A DNA stretch of 64,000 nt from Octopus sinensis (GCF_006345805.1 NC_043010.1:24304001-24368000); one strand, 5' to 3'. Positions 1 through 11,188 are shown, counted from the first letter of the stretch. A program made the numbers and translations. The notes: generated by a model from the letters alone, not told the origin.

Positions 1-6
1 AATATT

Positions 7-497
7 TTAAACCAAATTGTCTGTTATAGTTTTTGCGTGGTTAGAGAAAACACTGACATACTTTAAGTTAGTGGAAGGTTTGTAGTAGGGGCAGTAAGAA
101 TCGCTATGGAGGTTTAGTGTGACATCTAAGAAATTAGCCTTAGTAAGTTCGTTATCAAAAACTATACTCATGCCCATCCTATTGAAGAACCTAGCTAATC
201 TATTTTTAGTTTTCTGTACGATTCTGTTCGGGGTGTTCTGTAGGTAAAACAGACAATCGTCACGATATAGGCCACCACCGATGTCCGGGAATTGGTCGGA
301 TAATTCATAGAGAATATAGATTCCGACCAAATCGGCAATCTGCGCGCTATCTGAACTACCCATAGGTATATCGAACTCGTTGGGAGTATCCTTACGAACC
401 CATAACTTATCTTCAAACTGTATAAAGGATTTTCTGGCGACTAGAATTATATCAATTTCTTCTCTTGTGAGGCCTGCCTTATTATGTGCATGCCACA
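7..497 (-). pseudogene. Penelope-like element reverse transcriptase fragment (5'-truncated, runs to window edge)
   Basis: ORF 7..588 contains EIDIILVARKSF..LWVRK..FDIPMGSSDSAQIADLVGIYIL..GLYRDD..NFLDVTLNL..PYYKP..YVSVFSNH, matching PLE RT motifs. Confidence 0.85.
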
Positions 498-610
498 TAA
501 TATATATATACCGGAGTAAACACATAAATGTGAAACAAGGTGAGAAAAAGAGTAATTCAAATACCAGACGTAGAGTAATATGCTTCATTTAAAGGCAGCA
601 GAAATTTAAC

Positions 611-657
611 AAAAGCTGTTACTCGGAGTTTCACGTTCTCGTTCGTCGGATAGTTTA
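611..657 (-). ncRNA. Degenerate minimal type I hammerhead ribozyme motif (PLE-associated)
   Basis: Minus strand reads aaactat-CCGACGA-ACG agaa CGT-GAAA-CTC c GAG-TA-acagcttt; core CUGACGA has U4>C and stem I has two mismatches; lies just 5' of the PLE RT on the same strand. Confidence 0.6.
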
Positions 658-1820
658 GAACGGAGATGGCAATTCTATCAAGACTAGTATAAACGTTACA
701 CCTTTAAAAATGGATTTGTTTGATTGATCCTTTCAAATAAGGGTCATATGCGAGCGATAAGCAAAAATAAACAAAACAAATAAATGAGTTCAATATAAAA
801 TTATAAAAATCGAGGAAAAACCTTAAATCGAAGATTTGATTAAATACATATTGTCATTAATTATGTAGAAAATATAATTCGATTAATACAATTAATACAT
901 AAAAATTTAACTTAAAATATATTAAAATATATTAAAATATTTCACAACAGTACATACTCATACTAAAATACACAGATAGATGTCCGCAGACCACATACAT
1001 ATACAGACATATAAATGCAAAACGAAAATATACACACAAATACATGTACACACATGCATACGCAATCTTGCTCACATGCAAAAATCACTCGGTGTATACA
1101 TATAGACTATAAGCAAAATGCAGGGAAGTGGAAGAGACGATCTTGTAAGCAACAGAAAGCTAAAGACGTGAGTAAGGGAGGGGGAGGGGCGTAAAGTTAC
1201 AGAGAGAGAGAAAAACGAAAGAAAGGAAGAAAGAAAAAAGAAAAAGAAAAAAGAAAAAGTCTGACTATACGTAACGGATGATCATAAGATAAAATTACGT
1301 ATACATGTGTATATAAGCATGTAAGCCGTAAATACATATATACGAACACATATAAATATATAGAGACAAGTATGCAAACACACAAGTCCAACTGAATACA
1401 TACACATATATTCATGTATGTATGTGCATAAGTACAAACATACACTCTCACTTACACATATACATAGACGCATGCTTACAAATACATATGCATGCCAATA
1501 CAAATATTCACAGAAAAAAGTCTAGGGTCTGCGATTATTTTTTTTTTTAATTGCTGAGTGCATAATAATAAAATGTTTAGATAAAAGACATCCAAAATAT
1601 TGGATTATCTATAAATTAAATTACCAAAGTGAGTTTATACAATATAAAATAGTAAAATAAACTAAGTCGAAGGTTTTTTCTTAAGAAATATATCGAAATA
1701 TAATCAAAAGATATACAAAACTTTGCGTTGCGGAATAGAACCTGCATAATGTGAAACAAATCCAACAGTGTGATCAAAAGCTAGTCCAAGAATCAAAAGA
1801 TCAAAAAGACAAAATATACG

Positions 1821-2200
1821 CTATCCATATGGGATATTGATGTTCGACATTTTAAATTTGGTTGCGTGCCTGCATGAGTTCAAAAGTTCGCTTCTTTGAT
1901 TCAAAGAATTAATGTCTTGGAATAATATGAAATATTTCTCTAATAAACAGAGATCGCATTTAAAATTCTTCCTATGTGCCCCGTGCCTGTATGGTGCCGC
2001 TCTATCTAGAATATTCCATGACACGTTGAAAGGTCGGGTTTCTTTTTCTTTTAGTTCCCAGACATATTTCGCCAGGCTGGTCTTCGTCTTATTTTCTGGG
2101 TATCGAAAGTAATTGTTGTGCGAATAAAATCGGGTTTTAAAAGAATTTTCAGAAGCCCCTGTATAAATCTTATATGATGTAAAGTGATGTAAAGTTATTA
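1821..2200 (-). pseudogene. PLE GIY-YIG endonuclease C-terminal half and ORF end
   Basis: Minus frame reads KIYTGASENSFKTRFYSH..KTSLAKYVWELK..VSWNILDRAAPY..CDLCLLEKYFIL..LNQRSELLNSCRH. Confidence 0.85.
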
Positions 2201-2212
2201 CCCCCGAAAACG

Positions 2213-3365
2213 GTTATGGTAAATATGAAAAAGAAGACTATTACATACAAGGTGCACTCAGTGGAGTGTAGGAGGGTGGAGCAGATGAAGATGGAAAAAG
2301 TAGAAAAAGCTCTCAAGGGGCTTTCGAAGGAAGTAAGATATATAGAAAAAGGAAGCGGATATGGGACGGTGTTTGTCCAGTTTAGGACAGAAGAGGAGGC
2401 AAAGAGGCTGGCAAGTACAACTGTAAAAACTGAGGAACTAGTACTTCTACCCTCCTATCTTGGAAGAAAGAATTCTAAGGTGAGGGTAGAAGGAATTCCA
2501 CCTGACATAAAAGTGGCTTGGGTTGCGGCAGCCGTCCTCGTTGGAAGTGAGGAGGTGACTGTCCTCCAAGCCACAGAGACAGAGGAAGGAAGCTACAAAG
2601 GAAAAATACTGGAAATGATCATACAAGCGGAGGCGAAGGAGCTGGAAAATTTGGCGGAAACGGTGACGATGGGAGAAATAGTATTGAGAGTATGGGTAGA
2701 AGGCAGAACCCCGCGGTGCTTTAAATGTGGCCAAAAAGGCCATATTAGAGCACACTGCCCCCTACAGAAGAAAAAGATAGAGACGAAGGAGAAAAAAGAG
2801 GATGAAAACAAAGACGGACGAAAGGAGGAAGAATGGATAGTAGCAGAGTGTAGAAGGAATAAGAGGAAGAAAAGAAAGAACACTGAGTGTGATATGGTAC
2901 CCCAGTCCAACTCCATCCCATCCAAGACAATTCAGACCCACCCGCCCCATACAGACACCAGACCCACCCACTCCCTTTCCCCACAAGAAAAAAGAAAAAG
3001 AAAAAACAGCAGACACCACAGAATTTAGAAAACCCCTCACCCGGTGAAAAAGGTTGCGAAAGAATGTTGTCATTAAGCGAGAGTGAGAGTGGAAACAGAA
3101 GGACTAGACCAGAGATTAGAGAAGAATTCAGACTCAAAGGCAGCAAGTGGTGTTGCTCAGAGTGGGGTGAGTAGCACACTCTTCATATTTTCATTTTCAG
3201 ATATCATGCATGTTATCATAAACTTAATTTATTTTCTCACTTTCATTTTCATGTCACTCACAGTATCATTTTATTTTTACATATTCTTAATTCTTATATG
3301 TCTCAACATGTTTTTGTAGTGTCCCCTCTGTGTAATGCCTTTATGGCAAAATAATTGAAATAAAG
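2213..3365 (+). mobile_element. ORF1-only retroelement, family 1 (HAL1-like, no RT)
   Basis: Gag-knuckle ORF followed by T-rich 3'UTR ending gtcccctctgtgtaa-TGCC-tttat-GGCA-aaataattgaaataaa; no ORF2 between ORF and tail. Confidence 0.7.
2216..3028 (+). CDS. L1/Tx1-type ORF1-like nucleic-acid-binding protein (RRM-like region, CCHC knuckle, basic tail), 270 aa
   Basis: GYGTVFVQF (RNP1-like), PSYLG..VRVEGIPP, WVEGRTPRCFKCGQKGHIRAHC (C-x2-C-x4-H-x4-C); aligns by eye with the 3921 ORF. Confidence 0.75.
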   Translation: MVNMKKKTITYKVHSVECRRVEQMKMEKVEKALKGLSKEVRYIEKGSGYGTVFVQFRTEEEAKRLASTTVKTEELVLLPSYLGRKNSKVRVEGIPPDIKVAWVAAAVLVGSEEVTVLQATETEEGSYKGKILEMIIQAEAKELENLAETVTMGEIVLRVWVEGRTPRCFKCGQKGHIRAHCPLQKKKIETKEKKEDENKDGRKEEEWIVAECRRNKRKKRKNTECDMVPQSNSIPSKTIQTHPPHTDTRPTHSLSPQEKRKRKNSRHHRI

Positions 3366-3375
3366 TAGCTCGCTA

Positions 3376-5361
3376 ACCTCTGACGTGTTCAGACGTGTTT
3401 TTTGGCTGCTCCAGTTGTCACGTGTTTCAGCGTGAAATGTTGAACTTTTGAGACTCGACTACAGGTATGTGTTTAATGTTTTTTGGGGGGCTTAGGGAAG
3501 TTTATTGCTTTGCATTTAATATTTTTTAGCAAGTAATAGACTACACTTTGCTCCGGACATTTTCCTGCCTGTGGTCGAGTATAAAGACTCACTTTGCAGT
3601 GAGAATTGTGTTTTTTGAGGAGGCGTAGCCCCTCCTCAAAAATTATTTGCTTTCGAGGAGATTACCAACGACAAACAAGGACTGTTTTCATTGGGATTTG
3701 CCAGGAGGCACCAAAGACTGTTGAACGTTTGGCCAGGAGTACGTTTTCGGCCAAAATAATTAATTCCTTTGCTGAATTTGAACTCTTCTTCAAGCTATCA
3801 TTATTTTTAATGAACTTTTTTTGAACTTCTATTTTCATTTCTTCCCTTCTGTTGTGTTTTCCATTCTCCTTTTTGTGACCTATTTTATTTTTTGTTTGAA
3901 CTGTTTTTGAACTTTACGTTATGGCAAAGGAACTTATTGTGTGGGACCTAGCACCTCCCAAAAAATATTTTAAAGAGCTGGAAAGGAAGACCGTGGTGTT
4001 GAGGACATACTCGAAGTCGCTCGACACCATAGCAGTCTTCCCAAAGGCTACTATTTTAAACGAGCTGGCAGACTACATGCCAGCCGTTAAATATATCGCT
4101 CGGGGAGTTAAATACGCAACGGTTTGGTTGCTATTTGACTCCCCCAAAGCAGCTTGCCAATTTGCAAGCAAGCCTATCGAGGGCGAAGAAATATTGTTTC
4201 TCCCCAATTATATGGGAGAAAAACTGTTGAAAGCTTGGATCTGGGGATTACCACCAGGCATTGAGCCAGAGTGGATAGAGGACTCTATCCGCCGGGGCTT
4301 GGATGGCAGCAGTTCCAAGCTACTGAACGTAAAAGTGCAGCCTGCGGCTAACTGGGAGGGGTCAAAAGCTGTTTTGACCCTATGGACCCAGTCAGCCAAA
4401 AGTCTGGTTTTACCGGACTTTTTGAGGATGGCCGGGTACAGGTATCCGGTGATGTTTGAGGGACGCCCCCCACCCAAGTGTCACCTGTGCCTGGAGACCG
4501 GCCATATTAAGAAGAACTGCCCCAAGGACAAGAGTAGGATCCTGGAGCAGTTGATGTTGGAGCCTCTCCCAGCCCCCCCCCCCCCCAATGGAGGGAGAGA
4601 AACAAAGTGAGGAAGCGGTGACTTCCTCAACAAAAAGAAAAGTGGGGAGCAATGGCGACCCACCAAAAGAACCGGAAGCTGCGGGAGAAAAAGAGGACCC
4701 GGTGTGCACAACACCGAAACGTAAAAAGGTAAAAAGAAAAAGAAAAAGAGAAACGGGACGCCGCCGGCGGATTGTAACACGCAGACGGCGTCTCCCATGT
4801 CTCCTCCGGCAGTTGTGTGGCCGGAGAAACAATCTGTGATATTCTTCTACAAAGAAGGAATATTAGAGAATGAAATAGGTAAAATGAGGAGGAGAGACCA
4901 ATGGGAGGGACTTCGGTCCTGCACGGAGGATGCCGAGTGGCCTTCGCAGCTGGCTGCGGAGGTCCTACTGGATAAAGATCTTTGCAGGATCACGAATTCT
5001 TTCCCGGAGGACTCCTTTCGAGTTTTGCCTGTATGGGGCCTGACGAAGAACGATTGCCTCAATGAGGCAAGAGCGCTCATCGGCCGGGTAACATGAACCT
5101 GTTTTTGTATTATATTGAGGAGGTTTATTGCCTCTTGTAAAATTTTTGAATTTGTAATTTGTAAAATTTGGAATTGTTGTGAAACTTTGAAACTTTTGTA
5201 AAATTTTTTGGAAAAAAAAGAACAATGTATTAGAGAAGCGAAAGTCGGCGGGCGCTTTCGTCTTCTCCCATCATCATCTTCGTCCATCACCATCATTCAT
5301 TAATGTCTTTTGTCCAGCCCGCAGCTACTCTGTGTACTGCCCTAGTGGCAGATTATATATT
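3376..5361 (+). mobile_element. ORF1-only retroelement, family 2, apparently full length (about 2.0 kb), TSD-flanked
   Basis: Direct repeat aaataaagtagctcgcta at 3358-3375 and 5362-5379; homologous end to end to 47894-49740; 3' tail TGCC-ctagt-GGCA..aaataaa. Confidence 0.8.
3921..5096 (+). pseudogene. ORF1-like protein (about 390 aa) broken by two homopolymer-associated frameshifts
   Basis: ORFs 3921-4610 (FEGRPPPKCHLCLETGHIKKNC), 4588-4839 and 4797-5096 form one reading frame when compared with copy 47894-49740; shifts at the C-run near 4575-4587 and the A-rich run near 4730-4750. Confidence 0.7.
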
Positions 5362-5603
5362 AAATAAAGTAGCTCGCTATTTATTCATTTATTTATATAT
5401 ATTATACAAAATATTTCAAATCAACCCGGAGTTTCTACCTTTACAAACTGGGTGTTACATCCTTATTACTTGTGTGATTTTTTTGCTGCCCTGGTAACTG
5501 TTTTTGTTTACTTTCTTCTTCCCAATATATCATTCCCTGGAAATCTGAATCGCTATTACATTTATCCAACACTCATCGAATTTCATATGTTCACGCTCAT
5601 TAT

Positions 5604-5650
<47 letters not shown>

Positions 5651-5806
5651 ACGGGCTTCTTTCAGTTTCTGTTTACCAAATCCACTCACAAGGCTTTAGT
5701 CGGCTGAGACAATAGTAGAAAACACTTGCCCAAGGTGCCACGCTTTGGAACTGAACCCGGAACTATGTGGTTGGTAAGCAAACTACTTACCACACATCCA
5801 CTCCTG
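5651..5806 (-). mobile_element. tRNA-derived SINE family A, head module
   Basis: Matches 17222-17384; box B-like gggttcagttcc; followed by (TA)n. Confidence 0.8.
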
Positions 5807-5868
5807 TTGAAGTTTCTTGCTGAGCAAAGAATGAGTACAAAGCGTATCTACTGGCTGTATGTGTTTGT

Positions 5869-6026
<158 letters not shown>

Positions 6027-6476
6027 GTGGTATTTCCTAATCGGCTTTCATTTGTTGTGGTTTAGAGTATCTACCCGGTTCTTCTTCAGTATCGAATTCA
6101 TTCTCGGTCTCACCATTACATCATCCATAGAAACATTTCTTTTGAAATTGTTTTCTGCTTCGGAAATTGAAATTTGCATATTACTTTTTAGGTTTCAGTT
6201 CGCCTATCTTAATCTTTCCTAAGCTCCTAATGTTGGATTATATTGGTGGGAAACTGAAGACAGATGAATAGTAGGAGTGGATACAATAATCGTCTTAATA
6301 TGGTGGCAAGATGGTACACCAAAAACGGACTGCATATTAAACATATGTATGCATGCGATTGTGTGCGTGTGTGATGTGAGCGCGTGCACGTGTATATGAA
6401 TGTGTGTGTGTATATATATATGCATATATATATGTATGTATGTGTGTGTGTGCATATATATATATATGTATGTGTG

Positions 6477-6516
<40 letters not shown>

Positions 6517-6574
6517 TACGTATAAGCACACACGCACATATATATGTGTGTGTGTTTATAGATGTAGACGCGTA

Positions 6575-6815
6575 GTTTAGTGCATAAAATGATGCATTCC
6601 TGATGCAAGATTGTGGTTTCGACTCCTAGACCAGGCGATGCGTTATGGTTTGGAGTAAAACACTCTATATCACATTACCCCAGTCAACTCAGCTGGCAAA
6701 AACAAATGAGTAATGCTGCAATGGACAGACAGACCGACATCTTGTCCACTGGGGAATACATACCCCTACAGAATCTGGGAAATCGGCCTGAAAATCGGAT
6801 GGGCTGAGGAAGAAC
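6575..6815 (+). mobile_element. Old tRNA-derived SINE (family C-like head, alternative tail)
   Basis: gtggtttcgactcctagacc..ccccagtcaactcagctggcaaaa..gggaaatcggcc..ggctgaggaagaac; similar to 32484-32610 and to the tail of 31325-31632. Confidence 0.55.
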
Positions 6816-9118
6816 CTACGAAAATTTTTGAGGTATATATACCCACACACATAGAATTGAACCCAAATAGTTAATAAAGTGTGTGCAGGAAGGAAGGAAA
6901 GACAGACGAGACAGAAAGTTTTATCAATGGGATAATGTGGGGCTGAGTAAACGAAAGATGAAGATAAATCAAAGATAGAGATATTGCTGTTGTTTAGCCG
7001 ACGTCAGTTATGATAAAACGGATATAGATTCTCAAACATTATTCCAGCTGTGGTTATATAGTATTGGCGGGGGCGAGGGTAACGCATCCGTTTTCCTTCA
7101 GTTTTTAAAATATTTTTATGTTATGTGGTGCGTATTTGGTTGTTGTAGCACCAAGTCGAGCGCCAACGTGGAAGATTCATCGTTAATGTGACTTGATAGT
7201 GTAGAAGTGTAAACGATAGTTGTAGAAGGATTGGGAGGATGTGTAGAAGTCGAGATAAATCAGAGAATGAACGAGCTAGAAAGAGCAAAACCAATAAAAT
7301 ACAGCGCGAATTGAGAAGGAAGAGCAAATGCGCCAGCGAAGAAGAGAGAGAGAGAGAGGAGGAAACAGACAGTGAGATAAGTAGAGAGACAGACAGTAAA
7401 AGAGAGAGAAAGACACGTAGATAGAGAGAGAAATAATTGCTGAGAAATGAAGATGGAAAAGAGAAGATTGAATCTAATGAATGTGCCGTGGATGTAATGT
7501 AAGTGCGTTTGTAATAAGACAGGAGAAATGAAATAGTTTTTAAAAGTCATAAAATCCACCAGTAAAAGGTCAAGGGATCAATTATTGATTAGGGGCCAAT
7601 GAGGTCATAAAAATCAAACGAACGATAGAACTCGAAATTTAGTAATATTTCAACCAAACAACAAGCAGACATGTGTTATAATTTTATGGAAAACAAACAA
7701 CCAAACACATTTTTTTTTGTATAAGCAATGTAATTTTCCCGTTGATTAAAAAATTGTATGTTATTTTTGTTGTTGTTCTTGTTGTTACTTTAAGTAGATA
7801 TTAAAAGAGGCAATAAATATCAACAGCCAAATCTCGTTCTTTTTTTCTCTCTCCGAAGAGATCTTAAACTTTAGACCAAAATGTCAAGAACTGCGACTTC
7901 TATGAACGTCTCTTCGTTTGCGTTTATATGACGATATGTAAATCAAACTTTATACACCCTGTGTTTCGCCGAATGCTTTATGTCTTTCATGGCAACGTCT
8001 AGTCTTATTTAAGGAAATATAGGATTTGATAACAATAAAAGCTCCACCAGAAACCATTTGCTTTTTCTTGTTTGTTTTTACTTTCTAATCAATTTCCCAC
8101 ACATTTCTTACATTTCTATTTTTGGTTCCTTTTTCTGTATTTCTGATCGAGATTTTAAGCACAAAATGCGTTAAACAGAAACACAGTAACAGAAAGACAA
8201 TATAATATGCTCAGATATGGGGAATAAGAGCAATAGTTTTTGTTATCACGTTTTGTTGCAGACTTCTCGATATTTCATTACAATTTCAAAAGGTTTGGTG
8301 GTCTTCGGGAAAAAGTATTGAGATCAAGAATTACACTGTTTCCTTGAATGTTTTCAAATCCGCATCAACACAACCACGAAAGTCAATCTTTCCCACCTAG
8401 CATCACGAACTAGAAGAAATAATGTTTTCTAATAAAAATAGAAATTAGCATGCTCCCAGATAAACTTTCGCTTGCACTTTGCAGTTAAACAAGAAATAAA
8501 AAACGGTTTGGAACTAACTAAAGATTTCTAAAAACTGAACATAAAAATTCTCTGCAGAAAATAGAATGTAACTTCTCTGGTTATCTTCTGGACAATTTCT
8601 CTTAACTCAATGTAACGCTTCGGAAGAATTTGTCTCCATGTAACTTAACTGGGCCAAATCAAGTGTGTGCATCTCAGAGGTGAATATGTTAAATAAAATC
8701 ATGCTACAAATAAAATAAAACCTCTGAATTATAAACAAGAGCTCGGTAATTCAAGCAACAGAAACACTACTTTATTTTGTATTGCTATCGGTGTTCCTAT
8801 TCCATAGTACATATTTACACTTCGGTAAATCGTTATTGCTTGGACGTAACCACAAAACAATATTCTGAAGAGAAACGGAACCAGATAATTCTTTGCTTGT
8901 CGTTCAATACTCTTATATATTTTATCCACGTCACTTCAGGTTTTAGAATTTAAATATGACGAAAGTGTAAAAATCTATTGATTTATATATCTATATAGAA
9001 TTTTGTAACGAAATCTACTGCGCTTATCGTGACTTGTAGGAAAAAGTGCACAACTGTTCTAATATTACCTTAGTTGTCGGGTTTAATTCGTAAGGTTTCA
9101 TAGATTAACATATTATTA

Positions 9119-9343
9119 TACAAAGGACTACTGAAAAGTTCCTAGATTTTAAGGGTATTGCGAAAGGCCATATTGGAGGGCCAACCTTCCACGGTCTTTT
9201 ACAAGGGCTTAGAAAAACTGAAGGACCGCTACAATAAGTGTGTGCATCTCAGAGGTGAATATGTTAAATAAAATCATAATTAACTGATCCTCTTCTATTT
9301 TCTTTTCCCCAAAGATGGGAACATTCCACCACTCACTTCTCGT
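9119..9343 (+). mobile_element. Internally deleted mariner relic (MITE-like)
   Basis: Left end tacaaaggactactgaaaagttcc, right end ..ttctcgta; encodes KGLEKLKDRYNKCVHLRGEYVK*, a mariner transposase C-terminus. Confidence 0.6.
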
Positions 9344-9502
9344 AGATACAGGTATGGCTGTGATATTAAGAAACTCGCTTTTCAACCACCTGATGTCGGA
9401 TAGAGTCCCACTGAAGGGCATCATAGACAGGGATATTCTACTATAGCCCCAGGCCGACCTATGTCTTGTTAGAGAATTCGCTACAGATATTGGTTTGTGT
9501 GT

Positions 9503-9822
9503 GAAGGCGCATGGCTCAGTGGCTAGAGCGTCAAACTTACGCTCGTGATGTTGTGAGTTCGAATCCCAGACCGTGCTGCGTGTTGTGTTCTTGAGCAAGA
9601 CACGCTATTCCACATTGCTCCAGTTAACTCAGATGTAGAATTGAGTTGTGACGTCACTGGTGCCAAGCTGTATCGGCCTTTGCCTTCCCTTGGATAACAC
9701 CGGTGGCGTGGAGAGGGGAGGCTGGTATGCATGGGCGTCTACTGGTCTTCCATAAACAACCTTGCCTGGAAGGGTGGTTTTCTGTGTGCAATACCATGAT
9801 CAGTCATGACCGAAGGAGGTCT
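9503..9822 (+). mobile_element. tRNA-derived SINE family C
   Basis: ggcgcatggctcagtggctagagc (box A), gagttcgaatccc (box B); colinear with 35234-35560. Confidence 0.9.
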
Positions 9823-10420
9823 CAGCATTGATTTGTGTAAATGCTGGATAGCCGCACCGTTAACAAATCCTTCGCAAACACGAATTCAAAAACCTGTCAA
9901 CAAACTAGGCTACCAAAAAGTCATTGCTTCATAAGTCAAAGTATTTATAACCCACTACACCATATAAGGTTAGGCCTTGATTTGTTAAATTCACTCTCTG
10001 ATCGTCACCGAGGTGAGGTAGTCAGAAGATATATCCGTTATGAGCCAAAATCGTAAATGGTATGTTTAGGATTTAAATGTTTATCATCCGAAGAAAACGG
10101 TTTTTTTCTTTCATGATGTAATTGATTTGATCATCATCAAGAAATAGGTCGAAACAGTTGTAGTGGTGCTCAACCAATTTGTATTCTTATTTTTTCTGTA
10201 CTTAGAACTTTCGCTGAGTTGGATCTTGAAATTAATGTGGACCATGATAGTGCATACTGGAGTATATTTGTATGTGGTTTTACATGTGCATGTATTGTTC
10301 TATCAATGAGTATACTGCTCTGTTCGTGTGAATGTGTACGTAGGCGGTAAGACAAGTCTTTTTATATATTAATATATATACGTGAGTATCCGTATATTGG
10401 TGTCATTATCAAAATACCTC

Positions 10421-11022
10421 AAAGCGGCGAGCTGATATAATCTTTAGCACGCCGGGGAAAATGCTTAGCGGCGTTTCGTCTGTCCTTGCGTTCTGAGTTC
10501 AAATTCTGCCACGGTCGACTTAGCCCTTCATCCTTTCTGTATCGATAATTTAATTACCAGTTGAGTACTGGAGTCGATGTAATCGACTTAACCCCTCCCC
10601 AAAACATTTCAGGCCTTGTGCCTATTGTTGAAAGGATTATTAAAATACCTCTTAAGGCGGTGAGCTGGCAGAATCGTTAGCACGCCGGGTGAAATGCTTA
10701 GCGGTATTTCACCCGTCTTTATGTTCTAAGTTCAAATTCCGCAAGGTCGACTTTGCCTTTCATTATTTCGGTGTTAATAAATTAATTCCAAGTGAAACAC
10801 TGGGGTGGACATTATCGATAGTCCCCATCCCACAAAATTTCAAGCCTGCAGCGAGCTGGCAGAATAATTAGCACACCAAGCAAAGTACTTAGGGGCATTT
10901 AGTCCGTCCTTACGCTCTGAGTTCAAACTCCGTCAAGGTCGACTTTGTCTTTCATACTTTCGTGGTTGATGTAAGTGACTTACCTCCCCCAAATTTCAAG
11001 CCTTGTGCCTATAGTTGAAACG
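10421..11022 (+). mobile_element. Tandem array of three SINE family B copies
   Basis: Three starts gcggcgagctg / ggcggtgagctggc / gcgagctggcag at about 10423, 10656 and 10850, each with gagttcaaa..gtcgact(t)tg. Confidence 0.85.
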
Positions 11023-11065
11023 GTTGTTAAAATACCTCGATTAAATTGGATTCTGCAAATAATTC

Positions 11066-11130
<65 letters not shown>

Positions 11131-11188
11131 AACACACGCACACATATACACACACACACATACATGAATATATGTATATATTTGAATT

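Noticed and set aside
2447-3179. Antisense ORFs over the ORF1-like genes (also 4208-4832, 48742-49131)
   Set aside because: Shadow frames of purine-rich sense coding sequence; Phe/Ser/Leu-rich with no motifs.
9503-9575. tRNA-like sequences here and at 31560, 35234, 37531 and 42168
   Set aside because: They lack a proper acceptor-stem 3' strand and continue into SINE bodies, so they are SINE heads rather than tRNA genes.
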